From: a virus
Lineage: Duplodnaviria; Caudoviricetes
Length of the DNA stretch: 41,223 bases
Virus record (IMG/VR): IMGVR_UViG_3300023283_000110
Span: 1-41,223 of that record
Direction: 5' to 3' (one strand)
The position numbers and the translations under genes are program-made. Numbering within the stretch: position 1 is the stretch's first letter; each line of letters starts with the position of its first letter. The notes under the pieces are model-generated. The model saw nothing but the letters and a program-made list of their open reading frames with translations, ran no database searches and had not been told where the DNA came from. Of the stretch, positions 1-7,447 are shown one piece after another.

Positions 1-543
1 GAAGGCGCTGACCTTTCAGGAGCCAATTTGGAAGGCGTGAAGTTTCAGGGTGCTAACTTTGAGAAGGCGAAAATGGCAAATATAATCCTTTCAAAGGCCA
101 ACCTTGAAGGTGCAAACCTTAAATTTGCAGACCTGAGTGGCGCAGAGCTCAAGAAAGTCACCCTCTTTAACGCAAACCTTAGATACGCAAGCTTTGAAGG
201 TGCTAATTTAAAAAAGGCCAACCTTGAAGACGCTAACTTTGTCCTCGCAAACCTCCGGGGCGCGAATCTTTCCGGCACAAACCTTTCAGGGGCAGACCTT
301 CAAGGCGCGGACCTGACCAAAGCCAATCTTGAGGACGCAGAGCTAACGGCGGCAAATCTTGGAGGCGCAGAGCTTGCAGACGCCAACCTGACAGACGCCA
401 ACCTTATAGGTGCAAACCTTGAAGATGCCGACCTCACAAATGCCATCCTTGAAGATGCTGACCTGACAGACGCAAATCTTAAAGATGTTAACTTTGAAGA
501 TGCAAAGGTGAAAGGTGCAAACCTGACAGAAGCTAAGCTTTGA
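1..543 (+). CDS. Pentapeptide-repeat protein, 3' part (5' part at 41107-41223 across the circular junction)
   Basis: Open frame from base 1 (EGADLSGANLEG...) with continuous A[D/N]LxX repeats; N-terminus inferred from the identity of the window end with paralog 1159-1833. Confidence 0.9.
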   Translation, partial: EGADLSGANLEGVKFQGANFEKAKMANIILSKANLEGANLKFADLSGAELKKVTLFNANLRYASFEGANLKKANLEDANFVLANLRGANLSGTNLSGADLQGADLTKANLEDAELTAANLGGAELADANLTDANLIGANLEDADLTNAILEDADLTDANLKDVNFEDAKVKGANLTEAKL

Positions 544-575
544 CGTAACATCAGCACCTCGGATATAATAGAGCT
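540..575 (+). promoter_or_regulatory. Sigma70-type promoter, probably giving a leaderless mRNA
   Basis: TTGACG(540-545)-N18-TATAAT(564-569), then 6 nt to ATG 576; no Shine-Dalgarno. Confidence 0.7.
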
Positions 576-1139
576 ATGGCAAGAAAAAAAAGAGGCCGAC
601 CAAAGGGCGTAGGCCCACGCAAGCAAAAGCCTGAATCAAGTATGAACGGCCGCGAGGGCGAGCTGCCACGGCTGACAAAGCGTCAATACGAATTTGCCGT
701 TAAATATGCCGAGACAGGCAACGCTTTTCAGAGCTACAAACAGGTTTACAACGCGTCAAACGACCAGACGTGCCACGCTGGCGCGCACCGGGTCCTCAAA
801 AACCCCGCCGTCCAAGAATGGCTTGAAGCTTTCGCAGTCGAAGCCGTCAGGCGCGGCGGGGATGCAGTGCTGAGAAACGTTGCCGAATTTGAAAGCCTGA
901 AGCGCGGCGCAATAACCGAAAAGCAGTGGAACAGCGCTATCAGGGCGCAGGAAAATATCGCCAAACTTGAAGGCGCCATGCAAGACAGCGTTGTTATCGA
1001 GCAAAAAGAGCAACTGCCGCAGGCAATCGCCGCCATGCAAGAGGCTGGCATGATTGACGAAAACAAGGCCAAAAAACTCAAAGTGCAACTCGGCCTTGAA
1101 GAGCCGCAAACGATAGATGCAACCCCGGCAAACACCTGA
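576..1139 (+). CDS. Terminase small subunit-like protein with N-terminal AT-hook-like motif
   Basis: LTKRQYEFAVKYAETGNAFQSYKQVY...AHRVLKNPAVQEWL resembles the Terminase_2 HTH; AIRAQENIAKLEG helix; KKRGRPK at N-terminus. Confidence 0.7.
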   Translation: MARKKRGRPKGVGPRKQKPESSMNGREGELPRLTKRQYEFAVKYAETGNAFQSYKQVYNASNDQTCHAGAHRVLKNPAVQEWLEAFAVEAVRRGGDAVLRNVAEFESLKRGAITEKQWNSAIRAQENIAKLEGAMQDSVVIEQKEQLPQAIAAMQEAGMIDENKAKKLKVQLGLEEPQTIDATPANT

Positions 1140-1158
1140 CCCAAAAGGAGAACTCACC

Positions 1159-1833
1159 ATGACTGAATTTAGCATTTACGACCGTCACACCTATAAAGTC
1201 ATCTACACCGCCGAGCCTGATTGCGACCCGGCTTTATCAGAACGCACTAAATTTGTACTCGTGGTTAGGCAAGCTTTAAAAGAAGGTGTATCGCTTGAAG
1301 GCGCTGACCTTTCAGGCATAAGTCTCCGAAACGTAAACCTTCAGGACGCGGATCTAAGGTGGGCGAACCTGCTAGATGCAGACTTTACATACGCCGACCT
1401 GGAAGACGCTAATCTTGCAGGCGCAAACCTTGGCGGCGCGGATTTAAGAAAAGCCAACCTTAAAGACGCAGAGCTGAAAGGCGCGAATCTTGAAGGCGCT
1501 GATTTAAGAAAGGCCAACCTTGAATACGCCAACCTAGAAGAAGCAAACCTGCAAGCCGCCAACCTAGAAGGCGCTGGTTTTAAAAAAGCCAACCTTAGAG
1601 GCGCAGACCTGACGGAAGCAAACCTGGAAGACGCACATCTGGAGGATGCAAATCTTGGAGGCGCGGAGCTCAGAAAAGCCAACCTGACAGACGCCAACCT
1701 TATAGGTGCAAACCTTGAAGATGCCGACCTCACAAATGCCATCCTTGAAGATGCTGAACTGTTAGGCGCGAATCTTGAAGGCGCTGATCTTGAAGGGGCT
1801 TTCCTTCAAGGTACGGGACTGGAGACAAGATAA
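1159..1833 (+). CDS. Pentapeptide-repeat protein
   Basis: RBS AAAGGAG at ~1144-1150, ATG 1159; ~45 aa head then A[D/N]LxX repeats. Confidence 0.92.
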   Translation: MTEFSIYDRHTYKVIYTAEPDCDPALSERTKFVLVVRQALKEGVSLEGADLSGISLRNVNLQDADLRWANLLDADFTYADLEDANLAGANLGGADLRKANLKDAELKGANLEGADLRKANLEYANLEEANLQAANLEGAGFKKANLRGADLTEANLEDAHLEDANLGGAELRKANLTDANLIGANLEDADLTNAILEDAELLGANLEGADLEGAFLQGTGLETR

Positions 1834-1873
1834 TTAATGTTCTCATATCCTAACTACCAGAGGAGAACTCACC

Positions 1874-2554
1874 ATGATCAAGTACAATATCTATAGCAGC
1901 GTAGACCCTTCACACTTTACCCCTGTCGCTCTAAACCGCAGCAGCCGTATGCCGGAAAAACTAAAAAAGCGCATGCTTATCGAATATGCTATCCGGAAAC
2001 GCCAGAAGCTGAAACAGGCTGATCTTGATGGTGCAGAGCTTCCATATATGAATTTCAAGAACGTTAACCTTGATTTATCAAGCTTTGAAGAGGCTGATTT
2101 AGGGCATAGCGATTTTGAAGGCGCGAGTATGGTGGACGTTAACCTGAAAAAAGCCAATCTTCAGTATTCCTTGCTGGATCATGCAGATCTGACATTCGCT
2201 AGTCTTAAAGGCGCTAACTTGAGAGGCGCCAAGCTTGCACTGGCGACGCTTAGATATGCCGACCTCACAAAGGCAAATCTGGCAGGTGCGGATTTTGAGC
2301 GTGCTGACCTGAAAAGTGCGAACCTTGAAGGCGCTGACCTTGCACATGCCAACCTGGAAAGCGCTAATCTTGCAGGCGCAAATCTTGAGGGTGCTGACCT
2401 GATGGAAGCAAACCTTGAAGATGCCGACCTCACGGATGCCAATCTTAAAGGCGCTATCCTTATAGGGGCCAAGCTACCCCGCGGCTCTGTAAATCCTGCG
2501 CCCGCCGAGACCCGCGCTGAGGATACCAGACTTACAGACCCCCGGCCGGAATAA
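1874..2554 (+). CDS. Pentapeptide-repeat protein with C-terminal KLPRGSVNPAPA peptide
   Basis: RBS GAGGAG; A[D/N]LxX repeats. Confidence 0.92.
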   Translation: MIKYNIYSSVDPSHFTPVALNRSSRMPEKLKKRMLIEYAIRKRQKLKQADLDGAELPYMNFKNVNLDLSSFEEADLGHSDFEGASMVDVNLKKANLQYSLLDHADLTFASLKGANLRGAKLALATLRYADLTKANLAGADFERADLKSANLEGADLAHANLESANLAGANLEGADLMEANLEDADLTDANLKGAILIGAKLPRGSVNPAPAETRAEDTRLTDPRPE

Positions 2555-2587
2555 AAAACCGGCCACAACCCAGAAAGGAAACCGAAA

Positions 2588-2740
2588 ATGACACACGATA
2601 AACGCGAAACAATCAAAAACATCAAATACCCGGAGCTCTGGCACGACACGCAAGCAGATCTTGACAGGGATGCGCTAATCCTCGACGTGATAAGCCTCGT
2701 GATGATCGCCCTGAGCCTGCTGGCGTTTATGCTTGTCTAG
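2588..2740 (+). CDS. Small protein (50 aa) with C-terminal transmembrane helix
   Basis: RBS AGAAAGGA; MTHDKRETIKNIKYPELWHDTQADLDRDALILDVISLVMIALSLLAFMLV; not in the ORF track. Confidence 0.6.
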   Translation: MTHDKRETIKNIKYPELWHDTQADLDRDALILDVISLVMIALSLLAFMLV

Positions 2741-2763
2741 TTTAAAAAAACTCTGAAAGCGCG

Positions 2764-2792
2764 TTGACACACCATGACCAATCCGCTACCAT
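2764..2792 (+). promoter_or_regulatory. Sigma70-type promoter
   Basis: TTGACA-N17-TACCAT. Confidence 0.7.
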
Positions 2793-2798
2793 CAAACT

Positions 2799-2889
2799 AT
2801 GGACTCTCAATGTCCACCTCTTTTTGGGTAATTAGAGCAGCAGTGCTGATTCTGGTTTTGCATTCCTTCTCTGGAATTAGCACTGCTTT
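2799..2889 (+). ncRNA. Candidate small RNA (or 10-codon leaderless micro-ORF plus long hairpin)
   Basis: Follows the promoter; short hairpin TGGAC/GTCCA; long stem AGCAGTGCTGATTC/GAATTAGCACTGCT with a pyrimidine-rich loop. Confidence 0.4.
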
Positions 2890-2940
2890 CCCCACCCCCG
2901 CTCCAGCAAAGACACCACCGAAAAAAGACAACAAAGAGCC

Positions 2941-2969
2941 TTGACAGTGTCGTTTAACTTTGCAACACT
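2941..2969 (+). promoter_or_regulatory. Putative promoter overlapped by inverted repeat CAGTGT...ACACTG
   Basis: TTGACA-N17-AACACT upstream of the RBS of gene 3000. Confidence 0.5.
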
Positions 2970-2999
2970 GGATTTGATAACCCGAAAGGAGACCTGATC

Positions 3000-4325
3000 A
3001 TGACTAACAAGCACAAAATCACCAGGCTGACGCCTGAGCAGAAGGCTGACCTCCCTGTTTTCCGCCAGCAGTATCTTGACATGGCGCAATCAAAAGAGCC
3101 TGTTGACCGCGGTAAACTGGAAGACGCGATTGGCAGGGCTTACAAGTACATAGGAAAAGAGCAGCCGGCCGTGATTGTTCTGGAAAGCCCTTTGCAGTGC
3201 ATGGCAGCGATTGCGGTTCTTAAGTCTTTAGGCTTTGAAGAGCAATCCAAAGACAAGACATCAGACCAACTCAGGGGCCGGCTCAATCACCAGCTCAATC
3301 ACCAGCTCAAGGACCAGCTCACGGACCAGCTCTGGTACCAGCTTAGGGGTCAGCTCGAGGACCAACTCAGGGGCCAGCTCGGGAACCAGCTCAATCACCA
3401 GCTCAGGAACCAGCTCGGGGACCAGCTCAGGGACCATCTCAAGGACCAGCTCTGGTACCAGCTTAGGGGTCAGCTCACAGTCAATCTCGACCAACAGGTC
3501 CCGGACCAGTTCAGAGCCAAGTTCGTAAATCAGCTCATGGAGCAACTCTACTGGCAGGTGCTGGATCAAATTAAAAGCCACATCCACGCTCAAACTAAGC
3601 AGGTACTCGACGGTCAGACCCCAATACGGCTCCATGGCCAGCTCGAAGTTAATATCAGCAAGCAGGCCATGGATCAGGCCAAGCCATATGTAAGGAGGCA
3701 TATGTGGGGCTCGCAAGATTTTTACTGGATCGCGTGGGCCCGCTTTGCTCAAAAGATCGGTGTGAAACTTGACGAAGACACTAATTATAAGCTGACAACC
3801 ATGGAAGATATCTCGCAGCAATGTGAGTGGTGGTGGCCTTTTGAGGGCCTCTGTATTGTCAGCCAGCGCCCGACCAACATTTGCTGGGACTCTGAAGGGC
3901 GCCTGCATAACCTGCAAGGACCTGCGGTTGAATATGCTGACGGCTACGCTCTTTACAGTATCGAGGGCGTTTCAGTGCCCGAAGAATGGATCAAGAATCC
4001 TGAAAAGCTCAGCGCGCATGAAGCCCTCAACTGGACCGACACCGAGCAACGCGCAATCGCCTGCAACCACGTTGTCGGCTGGAACCGCATCCTTGATGAG
4101 CTTGAGGCTGTAACCATAGACAAGGATGAAGATCCAATGATCGGCGAGCTTGTCGAAGTAACCTTGCCTGACCACGGCAAGCAACGCTTTCTGCGCGTCT
4201 TGTGCGGGACAGGCCGAAACTTTGCGATAGGGGTGAGTAATGAGTATGATACCGCCCTTGAGGCTAACGCCCAGACCTATGGTTTACCCCCGGAAGTTTA
4301 CAAGCAACTTGAATTCAGGACTTAA
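3000..4325 (+). CDS. DUF6745-like protein with central QLxx tetrad repeats
   Basis: N-terminal LTPEQKA; C-terminal WWWPFEGLCIVSQRP...DSEGRLHNLQGPAVEYADG motif. Confidence 0.75.
   Translation: MTNKHKITRLTPEQKADLPVFRQQYLDMAQSKEPVDRGKLEDAIGRAYKYIGKEQPAVIVLESPLQCMAAIAVLKSLGFEEQSKDKTSDQLRGRLNHQLNHQLKDQLTDQLWYQLRGQLEDQLRGQLGNQLNHQLRNQLGDQLRDHLKDQLWYQLRGQLTVNLDQQVPDQFRAKFVNQLMEQLYWQVLDQIKSHIHAQTKQVLDGQTPIRLHGQLEVNISKQAMDQAKPYVRRHMWGSQDFYWIAWARFAQKIGVKLDEDTNYKLTTMEDISQQCEWWWPFEGLCIVSQRPTNICWDSEGRLHNLQGPAVEYADGYALYSIEGVSVPEEWIKNPEKLSAHEALNWTDTEQRAIACNHVVGWNRILDELEAVTIDKDEDPMIGELVEVTLPDHGKQRFLRVLCGTGRNFAIGVSNEYDTALEANAQTYGLPPEVYKQLEFRT
3263..3480 (+). repeat. Degenerate 12-bp coding tandem repeat (GACCAGCTCAGG-like)
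   Basis: Encodes DQLRGQLEDQL...; includes a duplicated GGACCAGCTCTGGTACCAGCTTAGGGGTCAGCTC block. Confidence 0.9.
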
Positions 4326-4360
4326 CACTAACCACCAACCACTAGCAAAAGGAGACTAAG

Positions 4361-4717
4361 ATGAAGACTGTTAACACGATTGCCGCGCAAGGCGACATGG
4401 TGATACTTGACTGCGAGGCCCTAAACTTAGGGGGCGTCCCGGATGATGCCCGCAAGGTTACACCTGAATCGGGCAAGTACGTTGTGACCCACAGCGAGAC
4501 CGGCCACCATCACACTGTCATGGAACGTGACGTACAGATGTACGAGGCGGCCGACAATGAGTTTGTCGCGTGGCTGAAGTGCATTAACGATACCGTCATT
4601 GAACACAACCGCTCTTTCGACACCCATGAGTCTGCTGGCCTCAAGGCAGGCAGGACGTACCGCATCAACCGCCAGCAAGAGTTCATGCCTGACGGCTGGC
4701 GCAAGCCGATTGACTAG
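4361..4717 (+). CDS. Small His-rich hypothetical protein, of the type commonly adjacent to DUF6745-like genes
   Basis: AAQGD...HSETGHHH...H...H...RQQEF motifs; strong RBS. Confidence 0.7.
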   Translation: MKTVNTIAAQGDMVILDCEALNLGGVPDDARKVTPESGKYVVTHSETGHHHTVMERDVQMYEAADNEFVAWLKCINDTVIEHNRSFDTHESAGLKAGRTYRINRQQEFMPDGWRKPID

Positions 4718-4727
4718 GAGAAGAGAT

Positions 4728-4928
4728 ATGACCCGGTTTTTAACCGAAACAGGTACGTTTCTCGGCAAGCTTGGCGCTTATGTGCTCGCAATGATTGTCG
4801 TTTTCTGGCCCTACATATTCGGGCTGGTGATAATGGCACGCAAGGAAATGTGGCTTGAATTCGTTCTTTCAACGTCTTTCTTTCCGCCAATCGCTTGGCT
4901 TTATGGCGTGTGGGAAATTTTGACCTGA
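4728..4928 (+). CDS. Small membrane protein
   Basis: RBS AGGAG, ATG 4728; two hydrophobic segments. Confidence 0.65.
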   Translation: MTRFLTETGTFLGKLGAYVLAMIVVFWPYIFGLVIMARKEMWLEFVLSTSFFPPIAWLYGVWEILT

Positions 4929-4948
4929 CCAACCCGAAAGGAGCAACT

Positions 4949-6286
4949 ATGGCAGAAACTTTATTCTCGGATCTAACGCCTGAGCAGGAGGCTGACCTCC
5001 CTGTTTTCCTCCAGCACTATTTCGATATGGCGCAATCCGCAACACCAATGGACCGGGAGGCCATAACCAAGGCAATCGGAGACGCCTATCAGGAAATTGG
5101 CTGGGACCGCCCGGACGTGATCGTTCTGCAAAGTCCGTTGCAGGCCCAAATCTTGCTGCATCTTTTGGAAAATCATGACAATCTCGATATCACCCACGAG
5201 ATTCAGAGGGCACTTCACTCTGAAACCAGGAAGAATTGCAACATCAGCTGCCGCCTCTTTGAAGCGTCTAATGGAGTCAACATACTCTCTGACCGCAAGA
5301 TATCGCGGCAGCTCATAAGGTTCGATCAGCTCGAAGAGCTCGAAAGAGAAACGAGTAAAACCTATCTAAAAGACCAGCTGATTGGGAAAGACCTTATTGA
5401 AGATTTTGGGAAACAACTTTATTATCAAATGAAGTATAATTTATCTCACCTTACCGACAGTCATTATAATTATGAGGTCAGCGCTCAGACTCAAATAGCG
5501 TTCATATTCCGTCTTACAAAGTTAATCCGGTCCAAGCTTTCCAGACACATGACGCCCCTCACAGTCAAGACTAATGATCAGCTGAGGGACGATAATGAGA
5601 ATATATTTAAAAATACATCCATCGAGTCTAATTACATTGATAACCCTGTTAGCTCATATAACCTTTCAAACTTACGTAACCTTGACTGGATCGCACATTA
5701 CCGCTTTATGCAAAATCTGGGGGTTAACTTTGACGAAGAGGCCGGCCGGCGCCTGACCATTGTGGAAAATATCGCGCAATTGTGTGAAAGGTGGTGGCCC
5801 TATGAGAACATATGCTTTGTCAGCGAAAAGCCGCAGAAAGTATGCTGGGACTCTGAAGACCGCCTGCATAACCTGCAAGGACCTGCGGTTGAATATGCTG
5901 ACGGCTTTTCAGTTTACGCTGTCGAAGGCGTGCGGGTGTCTGAATCGTGGATAAAGGACCCGTCATCACTGAGCCCGTCCGAAGCACTTCTGCTGAGAGA
6001 CACGGAAAAACGAACAATTGCCTGCAACCACATTGTCGGGTGGGACCGCATACTCGACAATCTAGACGCTGAAACGATTGATAAAGACGAAGACCCGATG
6101 GTTGGTGAGCTCGTGGAAGTGACTTTACCAGACCACGGCAAGCAGCGTTTCTTGCGTGTATTATGTGGCACAGGCAGGCGCTTTGCAATCGGCGTCAGCA
6201 ATGACCACAACACAGCACTTGAGGCTAACGCCCAGACCTACGGACTGCCACCCGATATTTACAAGCAACTTGAATTTAGAACCTGA
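4949..6286 (+). CDS. DUF6745-like protein, paralog of 3000-4325 with an unrelated central region
   Basis: RBS GAAAGGAG, ATG 4949; same N-terminal LTPEQ and near-identical C-terminal domain ending YKQLEFRT. Confidence 0.75.
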   Translation: MAETLFSDLTPEQEADLPVFLQHYFDMAQSATPMDREAITKAIGDAYQEIGWDRPDVIVLQSPLQAQILLHLLENHDNLDITHEIQRALHSETRKNCNISCRLFEASNGVNILSDRKISRQLIRFDQLEELERETSKTYLKDQLIGKDLIEDFGKQLYYQMKYNLSHLTDSHYNYEVSAQTQIAFIFRLTKLIRSKLSRHMTPLTVKTNDQLRDDNENIFKNTSIESNYIDNPVSSYNLSNLRNLDWIAHYRFMQNLGVNFDEEAGRRLTIVENIAQLCERWWPYENICFVSEKPQKVCWDSEDRLHNLQGPAVEYADGFSVYAVEGVRVSESWIKDPSSLSPSEALLLRDTEKRTIACNHIVGWDRILDNLDAETIDKDEDPMVGELVEVTLPDHGKQRFLRVLCGTGRRFAIGVSNDHNTALEANAQTYGLPPDIYKQLEFRT

Positions 6287-6314
6287 CTTAACCAACCCGA
6301 AAGGAGACTAACCA

Positions 6315-6917
6315 ATGACTAAGCAAGATATACCGGGCCGCATCCGCAAAAACGGCAGAGACGTCGATCCTTCGCTGTACACGTGGGACAGCCGCACAAA
6401 AAGCCTCTTGACCAGAGAAAACGGCCTCAACCTGCTTTTTGAAGACGTCGATCATGTGACGTTCATCACTGGCGACAACTGCGAGTTTGTCACCGGCAGA
6501 AACTGCACTTTCATAACTGGCGACTCCTGTAGCTTTGAAACTAAGTATAATTGCAACTTCATTACCCGCAGCGAATGCGATTTTAAGACCGGGCAAGGTT
6601 GCAATTTCAGAACCGGCGACGCCTGCTCTTTTGAAACCGGCTCGTTCTGCATTTTAGATGCAGGATCTCACTGCATTTTCCGCACCGGCGAGGGCTGCAC
6701 CTTTGACACAGCCTCACACGGCAACTTCAGGACCGAGGACGATTGCACCTTTAATGTTGGTGATAACTGCTGGATTAAGCCCGGCGACGATTGCGTTGTC
6801 TCAAAAAGGTTTAGCTCAACAACCTACCCGTCCACCACGCGGGGCGACATTATTCAGACCAGCGAAATGGAAGGATTTACAGTCAAGACAGCCGAGCTCA
6901 AGGATATGACAGAATGA
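6315..6917 (+). CDS. Cys-rich octapeptide-repeat (CxFxTGxx) protein, probable beta-solenoid
   Basis: About 13 tandem 8-aa repeats, e.g. TGDNCEFV TGRNCTFI TGDSCSFE. Confidence 0.75.
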   Translation: MTKQDIPGRIRKNGRDVDPSLYTWDSRTKSLLTRENGLNLLFEDVDHVTFITGDNCEFVTGRNCTFITGDSCSFETKYNCNFITRSECDFKTGQGCNFRTGDACSFETGSFCILDAGSHCIFRTGEGCTFDTASHGNFRTEDDCTFNVGDNCWIKPGDDCVVSKRFSSTTYPSTTRGDIIQTSEMEGFTVKTAELKDMTE

Positions 6918-7321
6918 CGACACCGGCCCAGCTGGACGCACTGGACTATATCACACCGCGCATGAGTACGCAGGAAAAGCGCGTACATGCCCTTATGGAG
7001 CAAGATAACGGCGTAACCACTGACGACGTGATAAAACGCCTTGGCTTTGACAAAAGCAGCGCCAACCGCACGCTTTCCTATCTCAGAATGAAGGGCCTTG
7101 CCGAGATATCAGGCCAGCGAAAATCAGCATTAACCGGCCGCAACCAGAGCATCAACGTCACTAGCGACAACTACATGACGCCGGGGTGGCAGCCCGCCAC
7201 GACTTGGAAAGACAAATGCGACGCAATCTACGAGCTGGTCTTTGATGACGGCCTTGACGGAGGCTATGCAAACTCACCGTTGGGAGTTTTAGAAGATATC
7301 CGCGCCATTCTGGCTGACTAA
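6914..7321 (+). CDS. Winged-helix DNA-binding protein
   Basis: VTTDDVIKRLGFDKSSANRTLSYLRMKGLAEISGQRKS HTH-wing pattern; ATGA overlap with upstream gene. Confidence 0.7.
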   Translation: MTTPAQLDALDYITPRMSTQEKRVHALMEQDNGVTTDDVIKRLGFDKSSANRTLSYLRMKGLAEISGQRKSALTGRNQSINVTSDNYMTPGWQPATTWKDKCDAIYELVFDDGLDGGYANSPLGVLEDIRAILAD

Positions 7322-7447
7322 AAAGGCTTTGCGGTAAAAACCGCCGAGGATTGACGAGAAAGCCACCTTTTTGATTCAGATGATTACACACCCATCCTTA
7401 ACCATCTTTGCCTCTGTGTGGAAATCCTCGCGCCGTGTGGAGCAATC

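Noticed and set aside
45-2649. Several minus-strand ORFs rich in RFA/RLA/SAP over the pentapeptide genes
   Set aside because: Antisense shadows of repetitive codons; no RBS and no independent signal
3235-3917. Alternative-frame Ser/Thr-rich (3235-3528) and ELV-repeat (3261-3917) ORFs
   Set aside because: By-products of the 12-bp coding repeat
3000-6286. Diversity-generating retroelement or shufflon behind the paralog pairs
   Set aside because: No reverse transcriptase or recombinase; differences are mostly synonymous, not adenine-specific; repeats are direct, not inverted
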